This document shows, in pieces, positions 19,536 to 27,516 of a DNA stretch of 64,000 nucleotides. Within the stretch, counting starts at the first letter, position 1. Every line of letters starts with the position of its first letter. The translations under genes were made by a program, and so were the position numbers. The DNA is taken from assembly GCA_050250415.1 (NCBI GenBank), contig JBFWOO010000004.1:149766-213765 (forward strand). Direction: 5' to 3'. The stretch comes from Dehalococcoidia bacterium (lineage in GTDB: Bacteria > Chloroflexota > Dehalococcoidia > UBA2979). Below the pieces are notes generated by a model. The model worked only from the letters and a program-made list of their open reading frames with translations. It did no database searches and was not told the origin of the DNA.

Positions 19536-19982
19536 GTGCAGACCGAAGGCGCATCCGCCATCTTCGTCGCCATCGTGGCCGTGATCGTGGGGTCGATCGT
19601 CCTCAGCGGTTCCGCCCTCCTCGTCCTCCGCGAGGAGGCGCCGAGCAGCGCCACCTCCGCGGCTCCTTCCGCGACGGCGGCCGAGGTGGCCGCGTCCGGC
19701 CAGTCCGCCACCGCGACCGGGACGCCCTCGTCCGTGGCGACGTCCGCGGGGACTCCGGTCCCCACCGGCACGCCCAGCGCCACGCCGCGCTCGACTCGAA
19801 CGCCGACGCCGACGCCGACTCCGGCGTCGGGCGTGGAGTACACGGTGCGCCCCGGGGATGCCCTCGACCTGATCGCCGCGGAGTTCGGTGTCGCGTCCGC
19901 CGCGATCGTGGCGGAGAACGGCCTCGTGGCGCCCTACGTCCTCGAGGTCGGGCAGGTGCTGGTGATCCCGGTGGAGGAGTAG
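19536..19982 (+). CDS. membrane-anchored LysM peptidoglycan-binding protein
   Basis: An N-terminal TM segment, a Ser/Thr/Pro/Ala linker (includes TPTPTPTP), and a C-terminal LysM domain YTVRPGDALDLIAAEFGVASAAIVAENGL...GQVLVIP. Confidence 0.8.
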   Translation: MQTEGASAIFVAIVAVIVGSIVLSGSALLVLREEAPSSATSAAPSATAAEVAASGQSATATGTPSSVATSAGTPVPTGTPSATPRSTRTPTPTPTPASGVEYTVRPGDALDLIAAEFGVASAAIVAENGLVAPYVLEVGQVLVIPVEE

Positions 19983-19984
19983 GC

Positions 19985-20944
19985 CTACCGCTGGACCTGC
20001 GGCAGCACGTCCTTCGCGATCAGCTCGAGCGTGTCGAAGTCGGCCTGGGCGTGGTGCTGGAGCATGATCCGCTGCACGCCCAGCTCCGCCCGCCGGCCGA
20101 TCTGCTCGACCACTTGCGCGGGCGTCCCGACGAGCCAGCCGCGGTTGCGGACGCCCTCCAGCACCTCGTCCGGGTCGCCGCGCCCGAGCATCGGCAGCGC
20201 CTCCCCAATGCGGGCGAGGTGGCCGCGGACGGCCGCATCGTCGCGGCCGATCACGAAGCCGCACATCATCGACCGCCGGATCGTCGAAGGATCGCGCCCG
20301 ACGGCCTCGCAGTGTCCAAGGAGCACCTGGTCCTTGTTGCGGTAGCCCTCCACGGTCTGGCCCACGGCGTTCCACTCGTCGGCGTACTTCGCGACGATCC
20401 GCAGCGTCCGCTTCTCTCCGGAGCCGCCGACGAGGATCGGGGCAGGGGACTGGAGCGGCTTCGGGTAGCACTCCACGTCGCGGAGCTGGTAGTAGCGGCC
20501 TTCGAACGAGGCGGGGCCTTCGCCCCACAGCGTCCGGACGACCTGGATGCCCTCTTCGAGCCGGTCCATCCGCTCGCGGACGGGGGGGAAGGGGAGGCCG
20601 AACGCCTCGTGCTCGGGCACGTTCCAGCCGGCGCCCATCCCGAGGATGAAGCGACCACCCGAGAGCACGTCGATCTGCGCGGCCATCCGCGCGAGCAGCG
20701 AGGGGTGCCGGAACGTCATCGAGGAGACGAGCGGGCCGAAACGGATGCGGCTCGATTCCTCCGCGACGAGCACGAAGGAGATGAACGTCTCCAGCGCGTC
20801 GCGGTCGTGCGGGCCGGAGAGCGAGAAGAAGTGGTCCGAGCGGAAGAGCGACTCGTACCCGAGGTCCTCGGTGGTGCGGATGATCCGCCGCCAGCGGTCC
20901 CAGTTGAGGCCTTCCTGGCCCTCGATCATCACGCCGAGATCCAT
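19985..20944 (-). CDS. LLM-class (luciferase-like) F420-dependent oxidoreductase
   Basis: 319-aa ORF with MDLGVMIEGQEGLNWDRWRRIIRTTEDLGYESLFRSDHF and ...MGAGWNVPEHEAFG..., typical of the TIGR03560-like LLM family. Confidence 0.8.
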   Translation of the reverse strand: MDLGVMIEGQEGLNWDRWRRIIRTTEDLGYESLFRSDHFFSLSGPHDRDALETFISFVLVAEESSRIRFGPLVSSMTFRHPSLLARMAAQIDVLSGGRFILGMGAGWNVPEHEAFGLPFPPVRERMDRLEEGIQVVRTLWGEGPASFEGRYYQLRDVECYPKPLQSPAPILVGGSGEKRTLRIVAKYADEWNAVGQTVEGYRNKDQVLLGHCEAVGRDPSTIRRSMMCGFVIGRDDAAVRGHLARIGEALPMLGRGDPDEVLEGVRNRGWLVGTPAQVVEQIGRRAELGVQRIMLQHHAQADFDTLELIAKDVLPQVQR

Positions 20945-21025
20945 CGCCGCCTCCTCGGAACCGCCGTCGCCTGCCGGCGGCGATGCTACCGCACCGGCGT
21001 TGACGCGCGTGCCGCGCCCGCGGGG

Positions 21026-21054
21026 TTGGCCGGAGCGTGAATGTTTCCTAAACT
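21026..21054 (+). promoter_or_regulatory. candidate promoter of tRNA-Glu(CTC)
   Basis: TTGGCC, 17 nt spacer, TAAACT. The -10 element ends 8 nt before the mature tRNA 5' end. Confidence 0.4.
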
Positions 21055-21062
21055 GGACGCAC

Positions 21063-21139
21063 GGCCCATTCGTCTAGCGGTCTAGGACGCCACCCTCTCA
21101 CGGTGGAGATCGGGGGTTCGAATCCCCCATGGGTCACCA
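21063..21139 (+). tRNA. tRNA-Glu (anticodon CTC)
   Basis: GGCCCATTCGTCTAGCGGTCTAGGACG-CCACC-CTCTCAC-GGTGG-AGATCGGGGGTTCGAATCCCCC-ATGGGTC-A-CCA (G2-U71 wobble). Confidence 0.9.
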
Positions 21140-21147
21140 GGACAGCC

Positions 21148-21184
21148 ACGAGCCGCCCACCGGGCGGCTCGTTCGTTTCGTTCT
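21148..21184 (+). terminator. intrinsic terminator after tRNA-Glu(CTC)
   Basis: ACGAGCCGCCC-ACC-GGGCGGCTCGT, an 11-bp stem followed by TCGTTTCGTTCTC. Confidence 0.6.
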
Positions 21185-21217
21185 CCCTTCCGCTCCGCCG
21201 AACCTACACTGGAACCC

Positions 21218-21418
21218 ATGACCACCGAGGGCGACCCGAAGCAGGAGTACCGCGAGGCCTACGAGGCCTGGCAGAAGCACCTTGCCGGGGTCCATGACTT
21301 CCTGCTGGAGGGGAACCGCCTCCCGCCCGAGCAGATCAAGGGGCTCCTCAATCGCGAGGCGCGCGCCAAGGAGCGGTACGACGTCGCCCGTCGGCGGCTC
21401 CTGGGGATCGACGGCTAG
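21218..21418 (+). CDS. small hypothetical helical protein (66 aa)
   Basis: MTTEGDPKQEYREAYEAWQKHLAGVHDFLLEGNRLPPEQIKGLLNREARAKERYDVARRRLLGIDG. It has coding-like GC3 bias. Its stop lies 1 nt before the GTG of the next gene. Confidence 0.5.
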   Translation: MTTEGDPKQEYREAYEAWQKHLAGVHDFLLEGNRLPPEQIKGLLNREARAKERYDVARRRLLGIDG

Positions 21419-21419
21419 C

Positions 21420-22217
21420 GTGGCGGCCTCTCCCGCCGAGACGCCTCCCACCTCCGCCTGGCGCCGCGCCGTCGGGCGTGGCTATCCGCGGTCGTTCCTC
21501 GTGGGGGCCACGTTCTCGATCGCCTGGACGCCGTGCGTCGGCCCGATCCTCGGAGTAGTGCTCACGCTCGCGGCGGCGACCGGATCGTGGCAGCAGGGCG
21601 GCCTCCTGCTGGTCTGCTACGCGCTGGGCCTGGGCGTGTGGTTCATGCTGTTCGGCGCGTTCTTTGGCTGGCTCTCGCCCCGGATGCGCCGCCTCGGACC
21701 CTACCTCCCGAAGCTGATGATCGGCGCCGGGGCGATCTTCATCGTCGTCGGCGCGCTGATGTTCCTCGGCGAGTTCGAGCGCCTGAACCAGTACTTCCAG
21801 CGTGCCGGCTTCTTCTTCGAGGGCACGGCGGAGGTCGAGCAGGAGCTCTCGGACGGCCTCGAGGGCTGGCTCGGCCCGGCCATCGCCTTCTTCGGTGGCG
21901 TCGTGTCGTTCCTGTCGCCGTGCGTGCTGCCGCTCGTGCCGGTCTACCTCGTGAACATCGGGGGCGAGGCGGTCCTGGGGACGGCGGACTCCGCGGCGCG
22001 TGCGCGCGTGATCGGCAACGCCTTCGCGTTCGTCATCGGCTTCACGCTCGTGTTCGCGTTCATCGGGGCGTCCGCCGGATTCGCCGGCAGCCTGGTCACG
22101 GAGCAGCTGGACCTGCTGACCCGTGCCGGTGGGGTGGTGCTGATCGTGCTGGGCATGCAGATGACCGGCCTCATCCACATCCCCTACCTCGACCGTACCT
22201 ACCAGCTCCCCGCGTAG
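21420..22217 (+). CDS. CcdA/DsbD-core family thiol-disulfide transporter, with the domain order apparently permuted (TM4-6 half before TM1-3 half)
   Basis: The start was set at GTG 21420, in frame with track ORF 21282..22217. FSIAWTPCVGPILG (Cys codon 21534-21536) precedes SFLSPCVLPLVPVYL (Cys codon 21921-21923). Both are hallmark CcdA motifs, but they occur in reversed order. Confidence 0.7.
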   Translation: MAASPAETPPTSAWRRAVGRGYPRSFLVGATFSIAWTPCVGPILGVVLTLAAATGSWQQGGLLLVCYALGLGVWFMLFGAFFGWLSPRMRRLGPYLPKLMIGAGAIFIVVGALMFLGEFERLNQYFQRAGFFFEGTAEVEQELSDGLEGWLGPAIAFFGGVVSFLSPCVLPLVPVYLVNIGGEAVLGTADSAARARVIGNAFAFVIGFTLVFAFIGASAGFAGSLVTEQLDLLTRAGGVVLIVLGMQMTGLIHIPYLDRTYQLPA

Positions 22218-22263
22218 ATTCGCCAGCCTCGCCCCGCCGCATGCGCACGGTAGACTCGACGTC

Positions 22264-22710
22264 ATGGCTGACCCCGAGCCGGAAGGCATCGACCTCGCCG
22301 CGATCAAGCAGGTGATCGAGACCGCCGACGTCTTCGTCGTGCGCTTCGCGCTCGTCGAGCACCGGTTGATGGTGGACTTCCGGCCGGACAACGAGGGGCG
22401 CGTCTACATCAAGATCGTGCCGCCGGTCTCCTCGCCGGAGGAGCGCTACCGGTTCCTCCAGCGTGAACGTCCCGGCCTGGCGCCCCCCGACCAGATCACG
22501 GTCTTCCAATGGCCGCGCTCGATCACCGTGCTGCGCGACTCCGGCCTGTGGGCGGTGATCGAGGAGCGCCTCGCGTCGATCGTCGGTGAGCCGGGGCGCA
22601 ACCAGGCCACCGCGGCGTACAAGGAAGGCCGCCGCCTCGAGCGCGCGGACACCGCCGCCCTCATCCGCGGCGGCGAGGGGTACGAGACGCTCTGGGAGCG
22701 CCAGCGCTAG
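22264..22710 (+). CDS. hypothetical protein (148 aa)
   Basis: It has strong GC3 bias, a soluble composition and no recognisable motif. Confidence 0.5.
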   Translation: MADPEPEGIDLAAIKQVIETADVFVVRFALVEHRLMVDFRPDNEGRVYIKIVPPVSSPEERYRFLQRERPGLAPPDQITVFQWPRSITVLRDSGLWAVIEERLASIVGEPGRNQATAAYKEGRRLERADTAALIRGGEGYETLWERQR

Positions 22711-22718
22711 CTGCGGGC

Positions 22719-23807
22719 GTGGACCGCAGGAAGCTGACGGCCGCCGATGCTACGCTCGCCGCCGTGGCGACGAAGATCATCGACCTCCGCTCCGACACCG
22801 TGACGCGCCCCTCCGAGGGGATGCGCGAGGCGATGCACCGCGCCGAGGTCGGCGACGACCTCATGCGCGAGGATCCCACCGTGCGCGCCCTCGAGGAGGC
22901 GTCCGCGGAGGTGATGGGGAAGGAGGCGGCGCTCTTCGTCCCCTCCGGCACCATGGCGAACCTCGTCGCGCTCCTGACCCACTGCGACCGTGGCGACGAG
23001 GCGATCGCCGGCTCCGAGTCCCACATCACGAACCACGAGGGCATGGGCGCCGGCGTCCTGGGCGGCCTCTCGATCCGCTCCGTGCAGAACGACGCCCGCG
23101 GGCGGATCGACCCCGCCGAGGTGCGCGCGAAGCTCCGCGCGGAATGGCCGCGCACCGCCGTCGTCTGCCTCGAGAACACGCAGAACCGTTGCGGCGGCGC
23201 CGCGATCCTCGAGAGCGAGCTGCGGGCCGTCGCGGACGTGGCGCACGAGGGCGGCGCGCGTGTCCACCTTGACGGCGCACGCATCTTCAACGCCGCGATC
23301 GCCCTCGAGACGGACGTGAAGGCGCTGGTCGCTTGCGCCGACACCGTCGACTTCTGCTTCTCGAAGGGGCTCGGCGCCCCCGTCGGCTCGGTCATCACCG
23401 GCCCCCGCGAGTTCATCGACCGCGCCTGGTACAACCGCCGGCTCGTCGGCGGCGGCATGCGGCAGTCGGGCGTCCTCGCCGCGGCGGCGCTCTGGGCGCT
23501 GCGGCACAACGTGGAGCGTCTCGCCGAGGATCACGCGAATGCGCAGCGGCTCGCCGCCGCCGTCGCGGAGATGCCGCACGTCGAGATGGACCCCGCCGGC
23601 ACCGACTCCAACCTCGTGTTCTTCACCCTGAGGGGTGTCGACGGCAACGAGTTCCGTGCTCGGCTGAAGGAGGAGGGCGTGCTGTGCAGCGGCACGCACC
23701 CTCAGCGCGTGCGGATGGCGTGCCACCTCGACGTCTCCCGGGACGACATCGACGAAGCGATCACGCGGGTCGCCCGCGTGCTGGAAGCGCTACCGGCCAC
23801 CGCATGA
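22719..23807 (+). CDS. ltaE: low-specificity L-threonine aldolase
   Basis: IDLRSDTVTRPSEGMREAM...GDD...EDPTV...LFVPSGTMANL and the PLP-lysine region FCFSKGLGAPVGS. The exact start is uncertain. Confidence 0.88.
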   Translation: MDRRKLTAADATLAAVATKIIDLRSDTVTRPSEGMREAMHRAEVGDDLMREDPTVRALEEASAEVMGKEAALFVPSGTMANLVALLTHCDRGDEAIAGSESHITNHEGMGAGVLGGLSIRSVQNDARGRIDPAEVRAKLRAEWPRTAVVCLENTQNRCGGAAILESELRAVADVAHEGGARVHLDGARIFNAAIALETDVKALVACADTVDFCFSKGLGAPVGSVITGPREFIDRAWYNRRLVGGGMRQSGVLAAAALWALRHNVERLAEDHANAQRLAAAVAEMPHVEMDPAGTDSNLVFFTLRGVDGNEFRARLKEEGVLCSGTHPQRVRMACHLDVSRDDIDEAITRVARVLEALPATA

Positions 23808-24574
23808 CCTACCTCCGACGCCTTCCCCTGCTCGCGGCTGCCGCGGGCCTGCTCCTCGCGGTCACGACGGCCTGCGCCTCGGAGACCTCCAGCGCGGAGA
23901 CCTCCGACATCTTCGAGGCCGCCCCCTGGCCGAGCGGCGAGTCGCTCCAGTACCAGGTGGTGAACGCCGAGGGCGACCGCCTCGGCACGGGCACGCTGGA
24001 GTCGATGGCGGACGCCGGCGTGATCGCCCTGCACCAGCGGTACGTCGAGGCTGAGACACCCGCGGGCGCGGAGCAGGTGCGCGACGACATCACGGTGTGG
24101 GTGAACGCCTCCACGTTCCGCCCGGAGCGCGGCGAGCGGATCGCCGTCGGACGCGACGACGACGGAAACGTCACCACCGACCGGTGGGAGTGGACGTACG
24201 GCGTCGAGGATGGCGAGACCGTCATCACCGTGGTCCATGACGACGGCGAGGGCGAACCGGAGGAGCACACGCTCCGCCTCCGCGACCACTACTACGACAA
24301 CGAGTCGTCGCTGTGGCTGTGGCGCTCAGTGGACCTCAGCGAGGAGCACGAGGCGTTCTACGTCTCGGTGAACGCCCTCGAGCGCAGCCAGCAAACCGTG
24401 AACCTGCGTGTCCCACAGACCGAGGTGGTCACCGTCCCGGCCGGGGAGTTCGAGGCGTACCGCCTGCTGTTCAGGAACGGCCGCGCGGTGCGCACCGCCT
24501 GGATCGAGGCCGCGGAACCGCACCGCGTGCTGCGCTGGGACAACGGCTCGTCGATCCTCGAACTGCTCCCGTAG
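23804..24574 (+). CDS. putative lipoprotein
   Basis: The ATG at 23804 overlaps the ltaE stop (ATGA). The signal peptide carries a lipobox: MTYLRRLPLLAAAAGLLLAVTTAC. The mature part looks beta-rich, and no family was assigned with confidence. Confidence 0.6.
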   Translation: MTYLRRLPLLAAAAGLLLAVTTACASETSSAETSDIFEAAPWPSGESLQYQVVNAEGDRLGTGTLESMADAGVIALHQRYVEAETPAGAEQVRDDITVWVNASTFRPERGERIAVGRDDDGNVTTDRWEWTYGVEDGETVITVVHDDGEGEPEEHTLRLRDHYYDNESSLWLWRSVDLSEEHEAFYVSVNALERSQQTVNLRVPQTEVVTVPAGEFEAYRLLFRNGRAVRTAWIEAAEPHRVLRWDNGSSILELLP

Positions 24575-24584
24575 CGCGCGGCGC

Positions 24585-25157
24585 TCAGCCGCTCCAGAGG
24601 CAGCCGCGCCCGGCGTCGCGTGCCTCTACCTCGGCGGCGACGATCTGCGCGCGGAACTGGCCGTCCTCCGTCCACGCGTACCCGAGCCCCTCGGCGACGA
24701 GCTGCTCGTCGATGAGGACGCCGCCGGAGGTGTAGACGTAGCGCAGCTCGCGCCCGAATGCGTCCGCGAGCCGGGCATCCGGCAACAGCTGCACCTGGGC
24801 GCCGGCGAGCTCCGCCAGCCGGGCCGCGGCCTCCTCGAAGCACGCCTCGCCGCGTTCCGGCGTGTCCACTCCGTAGAGACGCACCCGCAGCTCGGTCTGT
24901 GCGCTGCGGACGTCGAGGGTGTCGCCGTCGACGATGTCGAGCACCTCGACGGCCACCGCGCCGAGGACGGGCGTGAGGGTCTCCGGCGGATCGGCGCCGC
25001 GGTCGCTGGCGAGGTCGGTGAGGAGCGGTGAGGCGAGGACCAGCAGCGCGAAGATCGCGGCGATGCTGATCGAGACCCGGTTCAGGTTGCGCCGGTGTCG
25101 TCGCTCCGGGCCGAGGTCGATGTCGACGTGGCGCCGGTTCGGGTAGCGGCGGTTCAC
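24585..25157 (-). CDS. membrane-anchored thermonuclease (staphylococcal nuclease-like)
   Basis: The GTG at 25157 overlaps the stop of the upstream gene (GTGA). An N-terminal TM segment (VSISIAAIFALLVLASPLL) is followed by the SNase core DGDTLDV...VRLYGVDTPE...FGRELRYVY...LVAEGLGYAW. Confidence 0.8.
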   Translation of the reverse strand: MNRRYPNRRHVDIDLGPERRHRRNLNRVSISIAAIFALLVLASPLLTDLASDRGADPPETLTPVLGAVAVEVLDIVDGDTLDVRSAQTELRVRLYGVDTPERGEACFEEAAARLAELAGAQVQLLPDARLADAFGRELRYVYTSGGVLIDEQLVAEGLGYAWTEDGQFRAQIVAAEVEARDAGRGCLWSG

Positions 25158-25738
25158 GCGACGACCTCGGCGAAGGACTCGACGACGTGGGGACGCATGT
25201 CCCCCCAGCGGGCGCGTGTTTGCTCGAGGGCCGCGTGGAACGCGGGGAGGTCCCCCGCGCGTACGCAGGCCACGCCGCCGGCGCGGTAGCGGTCGCGTTC
25301 CTCGAACGTGGGGCCGGCGGCGACGACCGCCGGGAGCGCGCCGAGGGAGGCGAGCACCTCGCGCACCTGCCACTCGAAGGCGGTCTCGGCGGTGCGGACG
25401 GCGAGCGCCCAGAGGGTGTCGCCCGGGGCGAGGGCCGGCGCGGCGACGGCGGTCTCGAAGCCGGCGCTCCACATGCTCGAAATGCTGGGCGCGAGGCCCC
25501 GCATGACGAATTCCATGTGCGGGGCGGAAGCGGCGAACGGCTCCAGCCCGCGGCGGCCGTCCAGCCACGTCGCCACGATCGCGGAGCGGCCGGTGCGCGC
25601 GACGATCCCGGCCTGTGCGCCCGGCGCCGTGCGCAGCGCGCGCGCCTTCGCCAGCGTGGACGCGACGAGGTCGTCCGGGATGTCTGGCCGGAACGAGGCG
25701 GCGATCACGTGGACGACGGAGGAGGTTCCGGTGCTCAC
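25154..25738 (-). CDS. hypothetical protein, tentatively tandem Dabb-like (stress-responsive alpha/beta barrel) domains
   Basis: 194 aa. The first half (VVHVIAASFRPDIPDD...WLDGRRGLEPFAASAPHMEFV) resembles a Dabb domain, and the second half is similar in length. The gene has 4-nt overlaps with both neighbours. Confidence 0.45.
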   Translation of the reverse strand: MSTGTSSVVHVIAASFRPDIPDDLVASTLAKARALRTAPGAQAGIVARTGRSAIVATWLDGRRGLEPFAASAPHMEFVMRGLAPSISSMWSAGFETAVAAPALAPGDTLWALAVRTAETAFEWQVREVLASLGALPAVVAAGPTFEERDRYRAGGVACVRAGDLPAFHAALEQTRARWGDMRPHVVESFAEVVA

Positions 25739-26526
25739 CTCGGGGATGGTCGCGCAGGCGGGACATCCGCGCGAGTCGGGGCGGGGCGGGGCGCCCGCTT
25801 CGTGACGTGCTGGGAGACGATCAGCCCCTCGCCCTCCGGGAGCATCCGCCCATCCGACATCTCCAGGACGCGGTCGACGTGCTCCATGACGAACGGGTCG
25901 TGCGTTGCGGCGATGACGGTCACCCCGGCGGCGGCGACGTCGCGCAGCAGCGCGAAGATCTGCGCGCCCGTGGTCGAGTCGAGCTCGCCGGTCGGCTCGT
26001 CGGCGATGACGAGCGCCGGCCGGTTCGCCAGTGCACGCGCCACGGCGACTCGTTGCTGCTCGCCGCCGGAGAGCTCGTAGGGGCGGTGGTGGGCGCGTTC
26101 GGTCAGCCCGACGAGGGCGAGGAGCTCGCGCGTCCGCTGCTGGCGCTCCTTTAGCCCGGCCCCGGCGATGCGCAGCGCAAGGTCCACGTTCTCCTCGGCG
26201 GAGAGGAGCGGCAGCAGCCCGAAGGACTGGAAGACGAAGCCGACCTGGTGCCGCCGGAACTCGGTCATCTGGCGGTCGTTGAACCTCGAGACTTCCTGGC
26301 CGTCCACCAGGATGCGCCCCTCGTCCGGCTGGTCGAGCCCGGCGATCAGGTTCAGGAGCGTGGTCTTCCCGGAGCCAGAGCGGCCGACGATAGCCATGAA
26401 CTCGCCTCGGACGATCGTGAGCGAGACATCGTCCACCGCGCGCACGGTGGACCCCGCGCTCCGGAAGATCCGCGTGACCCCCGCGACCTCGACCATCACT
26501 TCGCCCGGTGGCGGCTCTGCGCTCAT
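25735..26526 (-). CDS. ABC transporter ATP-binding protein (MacB/LolD/FtsE-like), second of two
   Basis: Walker A GRSGSGKTT, Q-loop FVFQSFGLLP, signature LSGGEQQRVAVARAL, Walker B ALVIADEPTGELD. Confidence 0.9.
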   Translation of the reverse strand: MSAEPPPGEVMVEVAGVTRIFRSAGSTVRAVDDVSLTIVRGEFMAIVGRSGSGKTTLLNLIAGLDQPDEGRILVDGQEVSRFNDRQMTEFRRHQVGFVFQSFGLLPLLSAEENVDLALRIAGAGLKERQQRTRELLALVGLTERAHHRPYELSGGEQQRVAVARALANRPALVIADEPTGELDSTTGAQIFALLRDVAAAGVTVIAATHDPFVMEHVDRVLEMSDGRMLPEGEGLIVSQHVTKRAPRPAPTRADVPPARPSPR

Positions 26527-27446
26527 CGGGGCGCCTCCCCCTCGTCGCCCGCGCGGATCTCGACGTGGTCGCCGCCGAGGGTGACGCGGGCGCGACGGCC
26601 GATGTCGAGGCTGTCCAGGTACTCGCGCGGGATCTGGAGGCGGCCGGAGCGGTCGACGACGGCGAACTCGTCCGTCTGGACCTGCTGGCCGCGGGCGAAG
26701 GCGGCGCGCCGGACGATCTCGGTGCTCGTGCGCCCGTCCCGCATCGCGACTACGCGGTCCACCCGGCGCGTGATCTCCCGGTCGTGCGTGACGATGACCA
26801 CCGTGACGCCGGTGTCGCGGTTCAGGTGGGTCAGCACCTCGAAGACCTCGTCGGCGGTCGCTGAGTCCAGCTCGCCCGTCGGCTCGTCCGCGAGGAGGAG
26901 CGGTGGGTTGTTCGCCAGCGCCACCGCGATCGCGACGCGCTGCTGCTGGCCGCCGGAGAGCTCCGTCGGCCGCCGGCGGCGCTCCTCGGACAGCCCGACC
27001 TGATCGAGGAGCATCCGGGCGCGGTCACGGGCGGCGCGCGCCGGTTGGCCGTCGAGCGCCATCGGGACGGAGACGTTCTCCTCGGCGGTGAGGTAGGGGA
27101 TGAGGTTGCGTCCGGTCTGCTGCCAGACGAACCCGACCTCGCGACGTCGGTAGTCGACGAGGTCGTCGTCCGTCATCGTGAGCAGGTCGCGGCTGCCAAC
27201 GGTGATCCTCCCGGCGGAGGGCTGGTCGAGGCCGGCGAGGATGTTCAGCAGCGTCGACTTCCCGGAGCCGGAGGCACCCACGATCGCCATCATCTCGCCG
27301 CGCGCGACGCGGAGATCGAGTCCGCGCAGGGCGACCACCTCGAGGTCCTCGCTCTTGTAGATTTTGAAGAGGTCTTCCGCGTGGATGTACGGCGCGTCGG
27401 ACCCCTCCGTGAGGGAGGCGGCGAGGGCGTTCCCACTGGTCGTCAT
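26523..27446 (-). CDS. ABC transporter ATP-binding protein (MacB/LolD/FtsE-like), first of two, with a C-terminal AbrB/SpoVT-like extension
   Basis: The start was set at MTTSGNALAAS (ATG 27444-27446). Walker A GASGSGKST, signature LSGGQQQRVAIAVAL, Walker B LLLADEPTGELD. A tail of about 60 aa reads ...DRSGRLQIPREYLDSLDIGRRARVTLGGDHVEIR. Confidence 0.88.
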   Translation of the reverse strand: MTTSGNALAASLTEGSDAPYIHAEDLFKIYKSEDLEVVALRGLDLRVARGEMMAIVGASGSGKSTLLNILAGLDQPSAGRITVGSRDLLTMTDDDLVDYRRREVGFVWQQTGRNLIPYLTAEENVSVPMALDGQPARAARDRARMLLDQVGLSEERRRRPTELSGGQQQRVAIAVALANNPPLLLADEPTGELDSATADEVFEVLTHLNRDTGVTVVIVTHDREITRRVDRVVAMRDGRTSTEIVRRAAFARGQQVQTDEFAVVDRSGRLQIPREYLDSLDIGRRARVTLGGDHVEIRAGDEGEAPR

Positions 27447-27516
27447 CGGCGCGTGCCAATCGTCGGGTGGGCCGGAGCGGGGGCAGCACCGGCGGGGGCA
27501 GCGTAGTACGTCCGCA

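Noticed and set aside
18486-20528. 680-aa minus-strand ORF covering the excalibur/LysM cluster and part of the LLM gene
   Set aside because: Its composition is Arg/Gly/Pro/Ala-rich and low in complexity. It crosses several + strand genes that have clear domains and is out of frame with the real LLM gene.
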